Positions 18,110-28,026 are shown, counted from the stretch's first letter. The stretch is 64,000 nucleotides of DNA from Actinomycetota bacterium (GCA_029979265.1 JAPOHW010000010.1:44689-108688); one strand, 5' to 3'. A program made the numbers and translations. Notes: generated from the letters alone by a model not told the origin.

Positions 18110-19242
18110 AGCTCATGCGCATGCTCTATCGAGGTGAGCACGCCTTCGACTTCCCTGCCATGTGGAAGAAAGGTCTTTCCGTCTCGGCTGCGCTTGTGGT
18201 CATCAGTCTTGCGGCCCTCGGTGTCCGAGGTCTCAATCTCGGAATCGAGTTCGAGGGTGGCACATCGTGGGAGGTCGAGGCGCCGGGCGCATCGGTCGCC
18301 GATGCTCGCGCTGCCCTCACCGGCACGGGAGCCGAGTCGGGCAAGATCCAGACGGTCGGAACCGACTCCATTCGAGTGCGGGCCGATGCCGCCGAAACGG
18401 CTGACGTCGTCGAGATCACCGCTCGCCTCGCCGAGTTCGCGGGCGTCGACCCCAATGAGGTCAGCGTCACCTCTGTCGGCCCTTCCTGGGGCGATCAGAT
18501 CACGGGCAAGGCCCGTAACGCGCTCCTCTGGTTCTTCGCCATCGTTGCGGTCTACATCGCCATTCGGCTCGAGTGGAAGATGGCCGTCGGGGCGCTGGTC
18601 GCCGTGGCCCACGACATCGTGATCTCGGTCGGTGTCTACGCCGTGTTCCACTTCGAGGTCACGCCTGCGACGGTGATCGCCTTCCTGACCATCATGGGGT
18701 ACTCGCTCTACGACACCATCGTCGTGTACGACAAGGTGCGCGAGGTTGGCGGGCGGCTCACCGTCACCGGCCGTTACACCTACACCGAGATGATGAATCT
18801 GGCGCTCAATCAGGTGCTCATGCGCTCGATCAACACGTCGGTCACTTCGGTGCTCCCAGTCCTCTCGATGCTCGTGATCGGTTCGTTCTTCCTGGGAGCG
18901 CTCACCCTGCAGGAGTTCGCAATCGCATTGCTGATCGGGATCGTCGTCGGCACGTACTCCTCGATTTTCGTGGCCTCGACCCTGGTTGCCTGGATGAAGG
19001 AACGCGAGGAAGAACACCGTCTCGTCGCCGAAAAGGTCGCTGCACACAACGATGCAGATGGCGGAACCCGCCGTGTGCTCGACGACGATGTTTCGCTGGC
19101 GGGTATTCCTGCCAAGCGCAGTCCGTCGGCCACTCGCCCCACTCGAGGTCAGGCCGCACAGCGCAGCGATCGTGCCAAGCGCACTCAACAGTCTCCGCGC
19201 CCAGGGCAGCCTCCCAAGCCGCGAAAGAAGAAGAAGCGGTAG
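18106..19242 (+). CDS. secF: Protein translocase subunit SecF with basic C-terminal extension
   Basis: GLNLGIEFEGGTSWEV and a TM bundle. GTGA overlap with secD, GGGAGG SD. This is the in-frame part of ORF 17053-19242. Confidence 0.9.
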   Translation: MKLMRMLYRGEHAFDFPAMWKKGLSVSAALVVISLAALGVRGLNLGIEFEGGTSWEVEAPGASVADARAALTGTGAESGKIQTVGTDSIRVRADAAETADVVEITARLAEFAGVDPNEVSVTSVGPSWGDQITGKARNALLWFFAIVAVYIAIRLEWKMAVGALVAVAHDIVISVGVYAVFHFEVTPATVIAFLTIMGYSLYDTIVVYDKVREVGGRLTVTGRYTYTEMMNLALNQVLMRSINTSVTSVLPVLSMLVIGSFFLGALTLQEFAIALLIGIVVGTYSSIFVASTLVAWMKEREEEHRLVAEKVAAHNDADGGTRRVLDDDVSLAGIPAKRSPSATRPTRGQAAQRSDRAKRTQQSPRPGQPPKPRKKKKR

Positions 19243-19248
19243 AACCGG

Positions 19249-19254
19249 TACCGT
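19249..19254 (+). promoter_or_regulatory. -10-like box TACCGT, 6 nt before apt ATG
   Basis: GGTACCGT-tgcgca-ATG. Confidence 0.4.
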
Positions 19255-19260
19255 TGCGCA

Positions 19261-19794
19261 ATGATCGACTTCACGGCGTTGATCCGGGACGTGCCCGACT
19301 TCCCTGAACCCGGGATCGTCTTCAAGGACATCATGCCGTTGCTCGCGGACGCCGAGCGTCTTCGCGCAGTCGTTACGGCCCTAGCCGATCCATGGCGTGA
19401 TGCTTCCCTCGCGGCGGTGGTGGGTATCGAGGCGCGGGGGTTCCTCCTCGGTACGCCGGTGGCGATGGCGCTGGGGGTCGGCTTCATTGCCGTCCGCAAG
19501 GCGGGGAAGCTGCCCGGTCCGACCGTGCAGGAGACGTACGGGCTCGAATATGGCACCGACACCATCGAAATCCACGCAGACGCCGTCTCAGCGGGCGACC
19601 ATGTGCTTGTGCTCGACGATGTGCTCGCCACCGGAGGAACGGCCGCTGCCACCGCCGCGCTGCTGGAGTGCCTCGGTGCGTCGGTCGCAGGCTTCAGCTT
19701 TCTTCTCGAACTCGGCTTCCTCGACGGTCGGGCGCGTCTCGGTGACACCCGTATCGAGCGGCTCGTGCTCGTCGACGACGAAGCGGGAGACTGA
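19261..19794 (+). CDS. apt: Adenine phosphoribosyltransferase
   Basis: PRPP-binding motif VLVLDDVLATGGTAAA. Confidence 0.92.
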   Translation: MIDFTALIRDVPDFPEPGIVFKDIMPLLADAERLRAVVTALADPWRDASLAAVVGIEARGFLLGTPVAMALGVGFIAVRKAGKLPGPTVQETYGLEYGTDTIEIHADAVSAGDHVLVLDDVLATGGTAAATAALLECLGASVAGFSFLLELGFLDGRARLGDTRIERLVLVDDEAGD

Positions 19795-19796
19795 GC

Positions 19797-22040
19797 ATGG
19801 CCACCGTCACCCGGGTGCTTCCCTGGCGTCGAGCTGCCAACCGGCCGGCATCGGCTGAGATCGCCGAACTCCTCGCCGAGTTCACCAGACACCACCCGAA
19901 GGACAGCACCGAGCTCATCGAACGGGCCTTCGCGATTGCCGATGGAGCCCATGCGGGTCAGCGACGGAAGTCCGGTGAGCCCTACATCCGTCATCCAGTC
20001 GCCGTTGCGACCGTTGTCGCCCAGCAGGGCCTCGACGACGTCACCATCGCCGCTGCGTTGCTGCACGACGCGGTCGAGGACACCTCGGTTGGTCTGGAAG
20101 ATCTCGAAAAGGAGTTCGACGCAGAACTCGCAATGATCGTCGACGGCGTCACGAAGCTCGACCGCGTCCGCTACGGCTCCAAGGAGGAACAACAGGCCGC
20201 CACGATGCGAAAGATGATCGTGGCGATCGCGCAGGACCTGCGGGTCCTGATCATCAAGCTCTCCGACCGGCTCCACAATCTGCAGACGATCGCAGCGCTG
20301 CCGGCGTTCAAGCAGGAACGAAGCGCCCGCGAGACCCTCGACGTCTACGCTCCGCTGGCCCATCGCCTCGGGATGCAAGACATGAAAATGCAGCTCGAGG
20401 ATCTTTCGTTCGCAGCGCTGCACCCTCGTCGCTATGCCGAGATCGATCAGATGGTCCAACAGCGAGCTCCGGAGCGCGACATCTATCTCGCCCAGGTGCT
20501 GGGCGACGTGCAGGCTCGTCTCGCCGAACTCGGGATTCGAGCGGAGGTCGTGGGCAGGCCGAAACATCTCTGGTCCATCTACGAGAAGATGGTCGTCAAG
20601 GGGCGGAGTTTCGACGAGATCTTCGACCTGATCGCCATCCGTGTCATCTGCGACTCGGTCCGTGACTGTTATGGAGCGCTCGGTTCGATCCATGCCACAT
20701 GGCGACCGGTCCAGGGTCGCTTCAAGGATTACATCGCAATGCCCAAGTTCAACCTCTACCAGTCGTTGCATACGACGGTGGTTGGACCGCAAGGCAAGTC
20801 GCTCGAGGTGCAGCTCCGTACGAGAGAGATGCACGCCCGCGCCGAGTTCGGAGTTGCCGCCCATTGGGACTACAAGGATGACTCTCCAGGCGGCGATCTC
20901 GCCTGGCTGAACCGAATCGTCGAATGGCAGCAGGAGACCGAAGATCCGTCGGAGTTCATGTCGAATCTGAAGGTCGATCTCGATCAGGACGACGTTTTCG
21001 TGTTCACACCGAAGGGAAGGGTCATCGAGCTACCGGTCGGAGCGACACCCGTCGACTTTGCCTACACGATCCACACCGACGTGGGCCACACCTGTATCGG
21101 CTCGAAGGTCAACGATCGGCTGGTGCCGCTCGACACCCGGCTCGAGTCCGGTGACAAGGTCGAGATCCTCACCTCCAAGGTGGAGGGTGCCGGCCCCAGC
21201 AGGGACTGGCTCAAGTTCGTCGCCAGTCGTCGAGCATCGAACAAGATCAAGCAGTGGTACACCAAGGAGCGTCGGGAGGACGCGATCGAGGAGGGAAGCG
21301 AAGACCTCATCCAGGCGCTGCGCCGAGAGGGCCTTCCGGCTCGACGAATCCTGAAGGAGGCGGTGTTCACCGACGTGCTTGCGGCGATGAACTACGTCGA
21401 CGAGGACGCACTGTTCGCGGCGATCGGTGAAGGGCACGTCGGCGCGTCCACCGTTGCCGAGCGAATCGGACGTGAGCTGCGGGGCGAAGACGACACGCCG
21501 CAACTGGGTGAGCGTTCACGGCTGCCATCCACAGTGTCGCGTCGAAGCGGAGCCCGAACGCGTGCCACCCATCAGGTAGGCGTGCATGTCGAGGGGCTCG
21601 ACGACATCATGATTCGGCTGTCGAGGTGCTGCTCCCCGGTTCCACCTGACGAAATCATCGGATTCGTCACCCGAGGTCGTGGGGTATCGGTCCATCGCAG
21701 CGACTGTCTCAACGGCGCCGAACTCTCCGAGGGGCAACCCGATCGGCTGATCGAAGTCGAGTGGGACGCCGAGCACCAGGGTCAGTTTCCCACCACGATC
21801 GAGGTCAGGGCGCTCGACCGCGGCTCGCTCCTCGTCGATGTGGCGAAGGTCCTGGCCGATCACGGCCTCAACGTCACCGGAGTCTCGACCGAGACCGGCA
21901 ACGATGCCGTGGCCATCATGCAGTTCGACTTCGAGTTGGCCGACGTCACTCAGCTCGATTCGGTGCTGTCCTCGCTCTACAACGTCGAGTCGGTCTACGA
22001 GGCCTACCGACTGCTCCCCGGCGCAACGAATCGCCCCTGA
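19797..22040 (+). CDS. relA: Bifunctional (p)ppGpp synthetase/hydrolase (RSH)
   Basis: HD hydrolase motif LHDAVEDT, synthetase core, and TGS and ACT-like C-terminal regions. 747 aa. Confidence 0.95.
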   Translation: MATVTRVLPWRRAANRPASAEIAELLAEFTRHHPKDSTELIERAFAIADGAHAGQRRKSGEPYIRHPVAVATVVAQQGLDDVTIAAALLHDAVEDTSVGLEDLEKEFDAELAMIVDGVTKLDRVRYGSKEEQQAATMRKMIVAIAQDLRVLIIKLSDRLHNLQTIAALPAFKQERSARETLDVYAPLAHRLGMQDMKMQLEDLSFAALHPRRYAEIDQMVQQRAPERDIYLAQVLGDVQARLAELGIRAEVVGRPKHLWSIYEKMVVKGRSFDEIFDLIAIRVICDSVRDCYGALGSIHATWRPVQGRFKDYIAMPKFNLYQSLHTTVVGPQGKSLEVQLRTREMHARAEFGVAAHWDYKDDSPGGDLAWLNRIVEWQQETEDPSEFMSNLKVDLDQDDVFVFTPKGRVIELPVGATPVDFAYTIHTDVGHTCIGSKVNDRLVPLDTRLESGDKVEILTSKVEGAGPSRDWLKFVASRRASNKIKQWYTKERREDAIEEGSEDLIQALRREGLPARRILKEAVFTDVLAAMNYVDEDALFAAIGEGHVGASTVAERIGRELRGEDDTPQLGERSRLPSTVSRRSGARTRATHQVGVHVEGLDDIMIRLSRCCSPVPPDEIIGFVTRGRGVSVHRSDCLNGAELSEGQPDRLIEVEWDAEHQGQFPTTIEVRALDRGSLLVDVAKVLADHGLNVTGVSTETGNDAVAIMQFDFELADVTQLDSVLSSLYNVESVYEAYRLLPGATNRP

Positions 22041-22071
22041 GGCCACCCGCTGAGCAGCTGCAATGCGCCGG

Positions 22072-22077
22072 TAACCT
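22072..22077 (+). promoter_or_regulatory. -10-like box TAACCT(GAG), 8 nt before hisS GTG
   Basis: GGTAACCTGAG-cgctc-GTG. Confidence 0.4.
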
Positions 22078-22085
22078 GAGCGCTC

Positions 22086-23351
22086 GTGGCCGCTCCGACC
22101 TTTCGTGCCCCCAAAGGCACTCGCGACATTTTGCCCCCTGAGTCGGGGCGACGCCGCGCGGCACTCGATGCATTTGCCGAGCAGGCAGAGCTTGCAGGGT
22201 TCGGCGAGATCATGTCGCCCATCTTCGAGGACCTCGGAGTGTTCAAGCGGCTTGGCGAGTCGACGGACGTGGTGACCAAGGAGATGTTCGACTTCTTCGA
22301 TAAGGGAGACCCTCCGCAACACCTTGCGCTCCGGCCAGAACTGACCGCCTCGGTGTGCCGAGGTTTTGCTGAACACCGGCCAACCCCGCCGTGGAAGGTC
22401 TGGTACGAGGGGCCGCAGTTCCGGTACGAACAGCCTCAGGCCGGCCGGTACCGCCAGTTTCATCAGGTCGGTGTCGAAACGCTCGGCAGCGACGACCCGC
22501 AAGCGGACATCGACGTCATTGCGCTCGGCTGGAACTTCTACGCCTCTCTTGGTCTCCGGCGGATCTCTCTTCTGCTCAATTCGCTCGGCGATCCGTCGTG
22601 CCGGCCCGCGTACCTGGAGGCACTCCGCAGGTATCTGAGCGACAACCAGGCGTCGTTGTCGGCCCAGTCACGCGTCACGCTCGAGCGAAATCCGCTTCGC
22701 GTGCTCGACTCCAAACGTCGAGAGGATGCCGAGATCGTCGCAGCTGCGCCGCTGATGGTCGACTTCCTCACCGACGAAACGCGCGATCACTTCGACGCAG
22801 TGTGTGCCGGACTCGACCAGCTCGGCATTCCCTACGAGCTGTCGCCCCGGCTTGTGCGTGGGCTCGACTACTACACCCGGACCACCTTCGAATTTGTCGC
22901 CGAAGCCCTCTCGACCGCGCAGAATGCCGTTGGTGGTGGCGGGCGCTACGACGGACTCGTCGAAGACCTCGGCGGTCCTCCAACACCCGGTATCGGTTTT
23001 GCGCTCGGCCTCGATCGGATTCTCCTGGCCTGTGACGCCGAGGATGTCTTCGCCCCCCCCGCACCGGTGACGAAGGTCTTCGTCGTCGACGTGACCGGCG
23101 GTAGTCATGCCCTCGTCGTCTGCAACGCCCTCCGGGCTGCCGGGATCGGGGCTGACCGAACCTACGACGGTCGGTCGATGAAGGCCCAGATGAAGGTTGC
23201 CGATCGGTCCGGCGCGCTGTTCGCGGCGATCATCGGCGAAGACGAAGTCGCCAGCGGTGAAGTCACCCTTCGCGATCTCCGCAGTGACACCGGCCAGCAC
23301 CGGGTCACCCTCGACGATCTCGTCTCGTCCGTCGGCCGTCTGCTTCGGTAG
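22086..23351 (+). CDS. hisS: Histidine--tRNA ligase
   Basis: FRYEQPQAGRYRQFHQVG, GGGRYDGLV. Confidence 0.95.
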   Translation: MAAPTFRAPKGTRDILPPESGRRRAALDAFAEQAELAGFGEIMSPIFEDLGVFKRLGESTDVVTKEMFDFFDKGDPPQHLALRPELTASVCRGFAEHRPTPPWKVWYEGPQFRYEQPQAGRYRQFHQVGVETLGSDDPQADIDVIALGWNFYASLGLRRISLLLNSLGDPSCRPAYLEALRRYLSDNQASLSAQSRVTLERNPLRVLDSKRREDAEIVAAAPLMVDFLTDETRDHFDAVCAGLDQLGIPYELSPRLVRGLDYYTRTTFEFVAEALSTAQNAVGGGGRYDGLVEDLGGPPTPGIGFALGLDRILLACDAEDVFAPPAPVTKVFVVDVTGGSHALVVCNALRAAGIGADRTYDGRSMKAQMKVADRSGALFAAIIGEDEVASGEVTLRDLRSDTGQHRVTLDDLVSSVGRLLR

Positions 23352-23399
23352 TACCGCCTGATCCCACCTGTTCGCTCCAACCCAGAAACCATCACCATC

Positions 23400-25160
23400 A
23401 TGCAGGATTTGACCACTTCGATGCGCACCGACATGTGCGGCCACCTCACTGCAGCAGATGCAGGACGAACCGTCTCGGTGTGCGGCTGGGTCGATCGTCG
23501 GCGTGAGCACGGCGAACATCTGGCATTCATCGACCTGCGCGACCACACCGGTGTTGTGCAGTGTGTCGTGAACTCGAGTCACGACCTTCGCAGCGAGTAT
23601 GTCGCCCGAATGACCGGTGCCGTTCGGCTGCGCCCCGACGACACTGCCAACCTCGACCTCGCCACCGGCGAGATCGAGATCGAGGTGCGCGAGATCGAGA
23701 TCTTGGCTGAGGCCGAACCCCCGCCGTTCCCGCTCGACGAACGAACCGACGTCGACGAAACCATTCGGTTGCGCCACCGATATGTCGACCTCCGCAAGAG
23801 TCGCATGCAGCGCAATCTCCGGACCCGTGCGTTGGTGAACTCGGCCGTTCGCCGCGGGATGGAAGAGCAGGGCTTCGTCGAGATCGAGACACCGATGCTG
23901 ATCGCGTCCACCCCGGAAGGTGCCCGCGACTTCGTGGTTCCGTCCCGCAAGGAACCGGGCTCGTTCTACGCCCTGCCGCAGAGCCCACAGCTGTTCAAAC
24001 AGCTCTGCATGGTCGGAGGCATCGATCGCTACTACCAGATCGCCCGTTGCCTCCGCGACGAAGATCTGCGGGCCGACCGCCAGTTCGAGTTCATGCAGCT
24101 CGACGCAGAGATGAGCTTTGTCAACCAGGAAGACGTCTTCACTGCGATCGGTCACGCAGTTGCGAACGCTGCCGAAGCCGTGACCGGCGACCGACCCTCG
24201 GTCTTTCCCCGTATGACGTGGCTCGAGGCCCAAGAGCGGTTCGGTTCCGACAAACCCGACATCCGCTTCGGGATGGAACTCGTCGAACTCACGTCCATCT
24301 TCGAGGGCACCGAGGCCCGTGTGTTCCAGGCGCCCTGCGTGAAAGGCATTCGCATGGAGGGCGGTGTCGAGGCGCTGAGCCGCAACCAGATCGACGCCCT
24401 GGTTGAAACCTGCCAGCGCTGGGGGGCGAAGGGTCTTGCATGGATGAAGGTCATCGCCGGGGACTCGGGGCCGGCACTCGATGCCGGCGTCGCCAAGTTC
24501 CTCTCGGACACCGAGTCGAGCGCCGTCATCGACGCGCTCGACGCCGTGCCCGGGGACATGGTGTTTCTGGTGGCCGACGAGCGTCGCGTCGTGCGCCATG
24601 TACTGGGCCTGCTCCGGCTCGAGCTCGGCAAGCCACCGGTGAACGAGGGCGGGCTTCATTTCCTGTGGATCGTCGACTTCCCGCTGTTCGAGACGATTGC
24701 CGACAACGGCGTGCCGGTGCCGGCTCACCACCCGTTCACCATGCCCCACGAGGACGACTGGGGACTGCTCGAGCAGACCGGGGAGGCCCTTCTCGAGGTT
24801 CGTTCTCAGTCCTATGATCTCGTGCTCAACGGCTGGGAACTCGGTTCTGGCTCGATCCGGATCAACCGTTCCGACGTGCAGAATCGCATCTTCGAACTGC
24901 TGGGAATCGGTGAACAGGAACGTCGGGCGAAATTCGGTTTCTTCATCGATGCCTTCCAATACGGCGCTCCTCCGCACGGCGGCTTCGCCTTCGGTCTCGA
25001 TCGCCTGGTTGCGCTGTTGGCAGGAGAGACCAACATCCGAGAGGTCATCGCGTTTCCCAAGACGCAGTCGGGGGCCGATCCGCTCACCAACGCCCCATCT
25101 CAGATCGATGGAGGACATCTCGACGAATTGGGTCTCCGGGTCCTTCCCCCGGCCACCTGA
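23400..25160 (+). CDS. aspS: Aspartate--tRNA ligase
   Basis: FYALPQSPQLFKQ, GGFAFGLDRLVALL. An alternative start at ATG 23421 is possible. Confidence 0.93.
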   Translation: MQDLTTSMRTDMCGHLTAADAGRTVSVCGWVDRRREHGEHLAFIDLRDHTGVVQCVVNSSHDLRSEYVARMTGAVRLRPDDTANLDLATGEIEIEVREIEILAEAEPPPFPLDERTDVDETIRLRHRYVDLRKSRMQRNLRTRALVNSAVRRGMEEQGFVEIETPMLIASTPEGARDFVVPSRKEPGSFYALPQSPQLFKQLCMVGGIDRYYQIARCLRDEDLRADRQFEFMQLDAEMSFVNQEDVFTAIGHAVANAAEAVTGDRPSVFPRMTWLEAQERFGSDKPDIRFGMELVELTSIFEGTEARVFQAPCVKGIRMEGGVEALSRNQIDALVETCQRWGAKGLAWMKVIAGDSGPALDAGVAKFLSDTESSAVIDALDAVPGDMVFLVADERRVVRHVLGLLRLELGKPPVNEGGLHFLWIVDFPLFETIADNGVPVPAHHPFTMPHEDDWGLLEQTGEALLEVRSQSYDLVLNGWELGSGSIRINRSDVQNRIFELLGIGEQERRAKFGFFIDAFQYGAPPHGGFAFGLDRLVALLAGETNIREVIAFPKTQSGADPLTNAPSQIDGGHLDELGLRVLPPAT

Positions 25161-25225
25161 ACGACCTAGCCGCTCGACCGGTGGGCCACAGTCCTCGTCG
25201 GTTGGGTTCGGCTCGGTGCCGAAGA

Positions 25226-25819
25226 TCAGCGGAGCTGGAATGTTGCGACCACGGCATCGTCGGGCACTGTTGCCAGACGAGCGCCCAGCACTGCTCGGAT
25301 GGCCTCAGCCGATCCCATGATTTGCACGAGCACGGTCGCGTCTCGACGGGTGGCGGCGATCGAGTGTTCGTCGGGCAGGGAGAGCACGAAGCCGAGTCGT
25401 TCGAGTTCGGCGGCCAGCGTCTCTGTGACGACTTCGGGTGATGCCGTGGTTGTCAGGCAGAGCAACTGGCGTGGATCGATGTCGTCAGCGACCAGCGGCG
25501 ACAGATCGGCGGGCATCGTGATGCCCGCGAGCGCCTGGGCCAGCGTCACGGCCTGCGGATCGTCGGAGGCGTCGGGTTCCACTGGAGGAGACCGACTCTC
25601 GAGCGGATCGGCGGCGGGCGTGTCGCCCGGTATCTCCTGCGTGGCGAGTTTCGCCTCGAACGCAGCGATCCTGTCAGCCCGGTTGGAAGATGACAGTGGC
25701 TGCATTTCGTGAGGCGCTTGGTCGGCTCGCAGGGGGTCGGAGGTGAAGCGTCGGCGCACGAAGATCAGGATCGACACGGCAGTCCAGATCCAGAACACCA
25801 CGACGAGGAGGTCGACCAC
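25226..25819 (-). CDS. Hypothetical membrane-anchored protein
   Basis: This is the C-terminal 197 codons of ORF 25226-26353, the part not antisense to rarA. It has high GC3, an N-terminal TM helix (VVDLLVVVFWIWTAVSILIFV), an acidic linker and an alpha/beta-like C-terminus. The GTG 25819 start is tentative. Confidence 0.5.
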   Translation of the reverse strand: MVDLLVVVFWIWTAVSILIFVRRRFTSDPLRADQAPHEMQPLSSSNRADRIAAFEAKLATQEIPGDTPAADPLESRSPPVEPDASDDPQAVTLAQALAGITMPADLSPLVADDIDPRQLLCLTTTASPEVVTETLAAELERLGFVLSLPDEHSIAATRRDATVLVQIMGSAEAIRAVLGARLATVPDDAVVATFQLR

Positions 25820-25887
25820 ACATGCCCATCGGCAGAGGACGACATCTCCTGAGCGCTTGGGCGGCGGCTGTTGCCGGTATCGGCCGG

Positions 25888-25893
25888 TAGGGT
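25888..25893 (+). promoter_or_regulatory. -10-like box TAGGGT, 7 nt before rarA GTG 25901
   Basis: GGTAGGGT-cgcttgc-GTG. Confidence 0.45.
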
Positions 25894-25900
25894 CGCTTGC

Positions 25901-27238
25901 GTGGGGGAGGACCTGTTCAGCGCTGCAGCCGACGAACGCCTTTCGCGCCGCTCTCCGCTTGCTGCCCGCCTGCGGCCTCGGCACATCGACGATGTCGTGG
26001 GGCAGCGCCATCTGCTCGCACCCGGCAAGCCACTGCGTACGCTCATCGAGGATGACCGACTCTCCTCGGTGATCCTGTGGGGACCCCCCGGCACCGGCAA
26101 GACGAGCCTCGCTCGTCTGATCGCCACCACCACCGAGAAGTCGTTCGTTGAACTCTCCGCGGTCACTGCATCGGTCAAGGATGTGCGAGAACAGATCGCA
26201 GCAGCCCGCCATCGATTGGGAGAACGTGGTTCGGGCACGATCCTGTTCCTCGACGAGGTGCATCGATTCAACAAGGCACAGCAGGACACGCTCCTGCCTG
26301 CGGTCGAGGAGGGGTTGATCGTCTTGATCGGCGCAACGACGGAGAACCCTCACTTCGAGGTCAACCCGCCGTTGATGTCCCGCTCGACATTGTTCCGCCT
26401 GGCTGCCCTCGACGATGCTGATCTTGCGACGTTGGTTCGCCGTGGGTTCGAGGTCGAGGGTGCTTCAGCCGACGATGATGCCGTTGCCCATATTGCCCAC
26501 CGCGCCGGCGGTGACGGTCGGCACGCACTCACCAGCGCCGAAGTTGCGGCGGCGTTGGCAGCTGCCCGGGGCAGGCCGATCCACGTGACGATCGACGATG
26601 CCGAGGGCGCTGTCGACGCGAAGGCCGTTCGCTATGGGCGCGACGGGCACTACGACGTCATTTCAGCCTTCATCAAGAGCATTCGTGGTTCTGATGCCGA
26701 CGCTGCGGTGTACTGGTTGGCTCGCATGCTCGAAGCAGGGGAGGACCCGCGCTTCATTGCCCGCAGGTTGGTGATCCACGCATCAGAGGACATCGGACTT
26801 GCCGATCCTCAGGCACTCCTCGTTGCCACCGCGGCGGCGCACGCTGTCGAGTTCGTCGGGTTGCCCGAGGCACAGCTCAACCTGGCGCAGGCTACTCTGC
26901 ATCTCGCCACGTCACCGAAGTCGAATCGTGTCACCCGAGCGATTCTCGATGCGCGAGCTGCAGCTCGCGAAGCCGGTACTGGCGAGGTGCCCCCGCATCT
27001 GCGCGACGCCCATTACGCCGGGGCCGACTCGCTCGGACACGGGACGGGCTATCGGTACCCGCACGACGAACCCGAAGGCTGGGTCGAACAGGGGTACCTT
27101 CCCGACGAGATGGTCGGCCGCATCTTCTACGATCCCAGCTCCCATGGGCGAGAAGGTCGATTGCGGGCGTGGTGGCCCGGCCATCGTGAGCTCGACACCG
27201 GCACCACCGACGCCGCCGATGGCCATGTGGTTGACTGA
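25901..27238 (+). CDS. rarA: Replication-associated recombination protein A (AAA+ ATPase)
   Basis: Walker A GPPGTGKTSLA, Walker B LFLDEVHRFNK. GTG 25901 has TAGGGT 7 nt upstream. Confidence 0.9.
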   Translation: MGEDLFSAAADERLSRRSPLAARLRPRHIDDVVGQRHLLAPGKPLRTLIEDDRLSSVILWGPPGTGKTSLARLIATTTEKSFVELSAVTASVKDVREQIAAARHRLGERGSGTILFLDEVHRFNKAQQDTLLPAVEEGLIVLIGATTENPHFEVNPPLMSRSTLFRLAALDDADLATLVRRGFEVEGASADDDAVAHIAHRAGGDGRHALTSAEVAAALAAARGRPIHVTIDDAEGAVDAKAVRYGRDGHYDVISAFIKSIRGSDADAAVYWLARMLEAGEDPRFIARRLVIHASEDIGLADPQALLVATAAAHAVEFVGLPEAQLNLAQATLHLATSPKSNRVTRAILDARAAAREAGTGEVPPHLRDAHYAGADSLGHGTGYRYPHDEPEGWVEQGYLPDEMVGRIFYDPSSHGREGRLRAWWPGHRELDTGTTDAADGHVVD

Positions 27239-27244
27239 GGACTC

Positions 27245-27637
27245 ATGAGCGCCACGGACCTCGCTGCGATCGTCGTCACCGTCGTTTGTCTGCTCGTGGT
27301 GGGCGTCCTCGGGGTCGCAATCCAAGCTCTCGTGCGCACGTTGCGAGAGCTGCGGCTCACCGTCGACGAGTTGCGGGCAAGCACGCTGCCGATGGTCGAC
27401 GATCTCCAACGCACCGTGAACCGAGCCGGGGACGAACTCGAGCGGGTCGACGGGGTGCTCGACCGAGCCGAACGCATCACCGCAACCGTCGATGTTGCAA
27501 GCCGACTGGGGTATCGAGCCTTTGCGCCGCCGGTGATCAAGACGCTTTCGGTCGTGCGAGGCACCAGCCGGGCCGCCAAGGTGATTGCGCGACCGCGGCG
27601 ACGGAGTGCCATCGATGTCAAGGGTCATCGAAGGTAG
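27245..27637 (+). CDS. DUF948 domain membrane protein
   Basis: N-terminal TM helix followed by a coiled-coil (LRELRLTVDELRASTLPMVDDLQRTVNRAGDELERVD), typical of DUF948. Confidence 0.75.
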   Translation: MSATDLAAIVVTVVCLLVVGVLGVAIQALVRTLRELRLTVDELRASTLPMVDDLQRTVNRAGDELERVDGVLDRAERITATVDVASRLGYRAFAPPVIKTLSVVRGTSRAAKVIARPRRRSAIDVKGHRR

Positions 27638-27642
27638 GGCAG

Positions 27643-27999
27643 GTGAAGCGAACGTTCTACACGGTGGTGGGCTACACCCTCGGGGTCGGTACCGGCTGGT
27701 ACGTCCAACGTCGCGTCAAACGGACCGTCGAGAAGGTGGCGCCTGATCAGGTGGTAGCCGAGGTCCGTGATCGTGGTCGTCAGGTTGCCGATGCTGGTGT
27801 GCAGGCCGCCACACGAGCGCGCGACCTGGCGGTCAATTTCCGCGAGGCCACGCAGGAGGGCATGGCGACCATTCGTCGGGAACACGCCGATCTGTTGGCC
27901 GAGTTCGCAACCGATGAGGCCATGCACACCGGTCCGGCCCGGCGACTTCCCGGTCGGGGCGGCACGCAGCCCGGCGGGGGATTTCGCCCCCGCCACTGA
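27643..27999 (+). CDS. Hypothetical small membrane protein (YtxH-like architecture)
   Basis: GTG 27643 follows GAAGG. The protein has a TM segment (FYTVVGYTLGVGTGWYV) then a helical charged region. In-frame part of ORF 27286-27999. Confidence 0.55.
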   Translation: MKRTFYTVVGYTLGVGTGWYVQRRVKRTVEKVAPDQVVAEVRDRGRQVADAGVQAATRARDLAVNFREATQEGMATIRREHADLLAEFATDEAMHTGPARRLPGRGGTQPGGGFRPRH

Positions 28000-28011
28000 A
28001 TGGCGCGCCGG

Positions 28012-28017
28012 TAGGCT
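28012..28017 (+). promoter_or_regulatory. -10-like box TAGGCT(GAG), 9 nt before alaS ATG
   Basis: GGTAGGCTGAG-gcccgc-ATG. Confidence 0.4.
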
Positions 28018-28026
28018 GAGGCCCGC

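Noticed and set aside
22041-22085. T-box or riboswitch leaders before hisS, aspS, alaS, metK (50563-50580) and ribD/moaB (58567-58588)
   Set aside because: The gaps are only 18-48 nt, far too short for T-box, SAM or FMN riboswitch architectures.
22668-25118. 816-aa minus-strand ORF across hisS and aspS
   Set aside because: It is a shadow ORF antisense to two well-supported aaRS genes. The same reasoning applies to 891-2975, 10844-12988, 16232-17791, 40477-42018, 43141-44346 and 45618-47396.
25820-26353. Upstream part of the 375-aa minus-strand ORF 25226-26353
   Set aside because: It is antisense to the rarA P-loop region. Only the distal 197 or so codons look like an independent gene.
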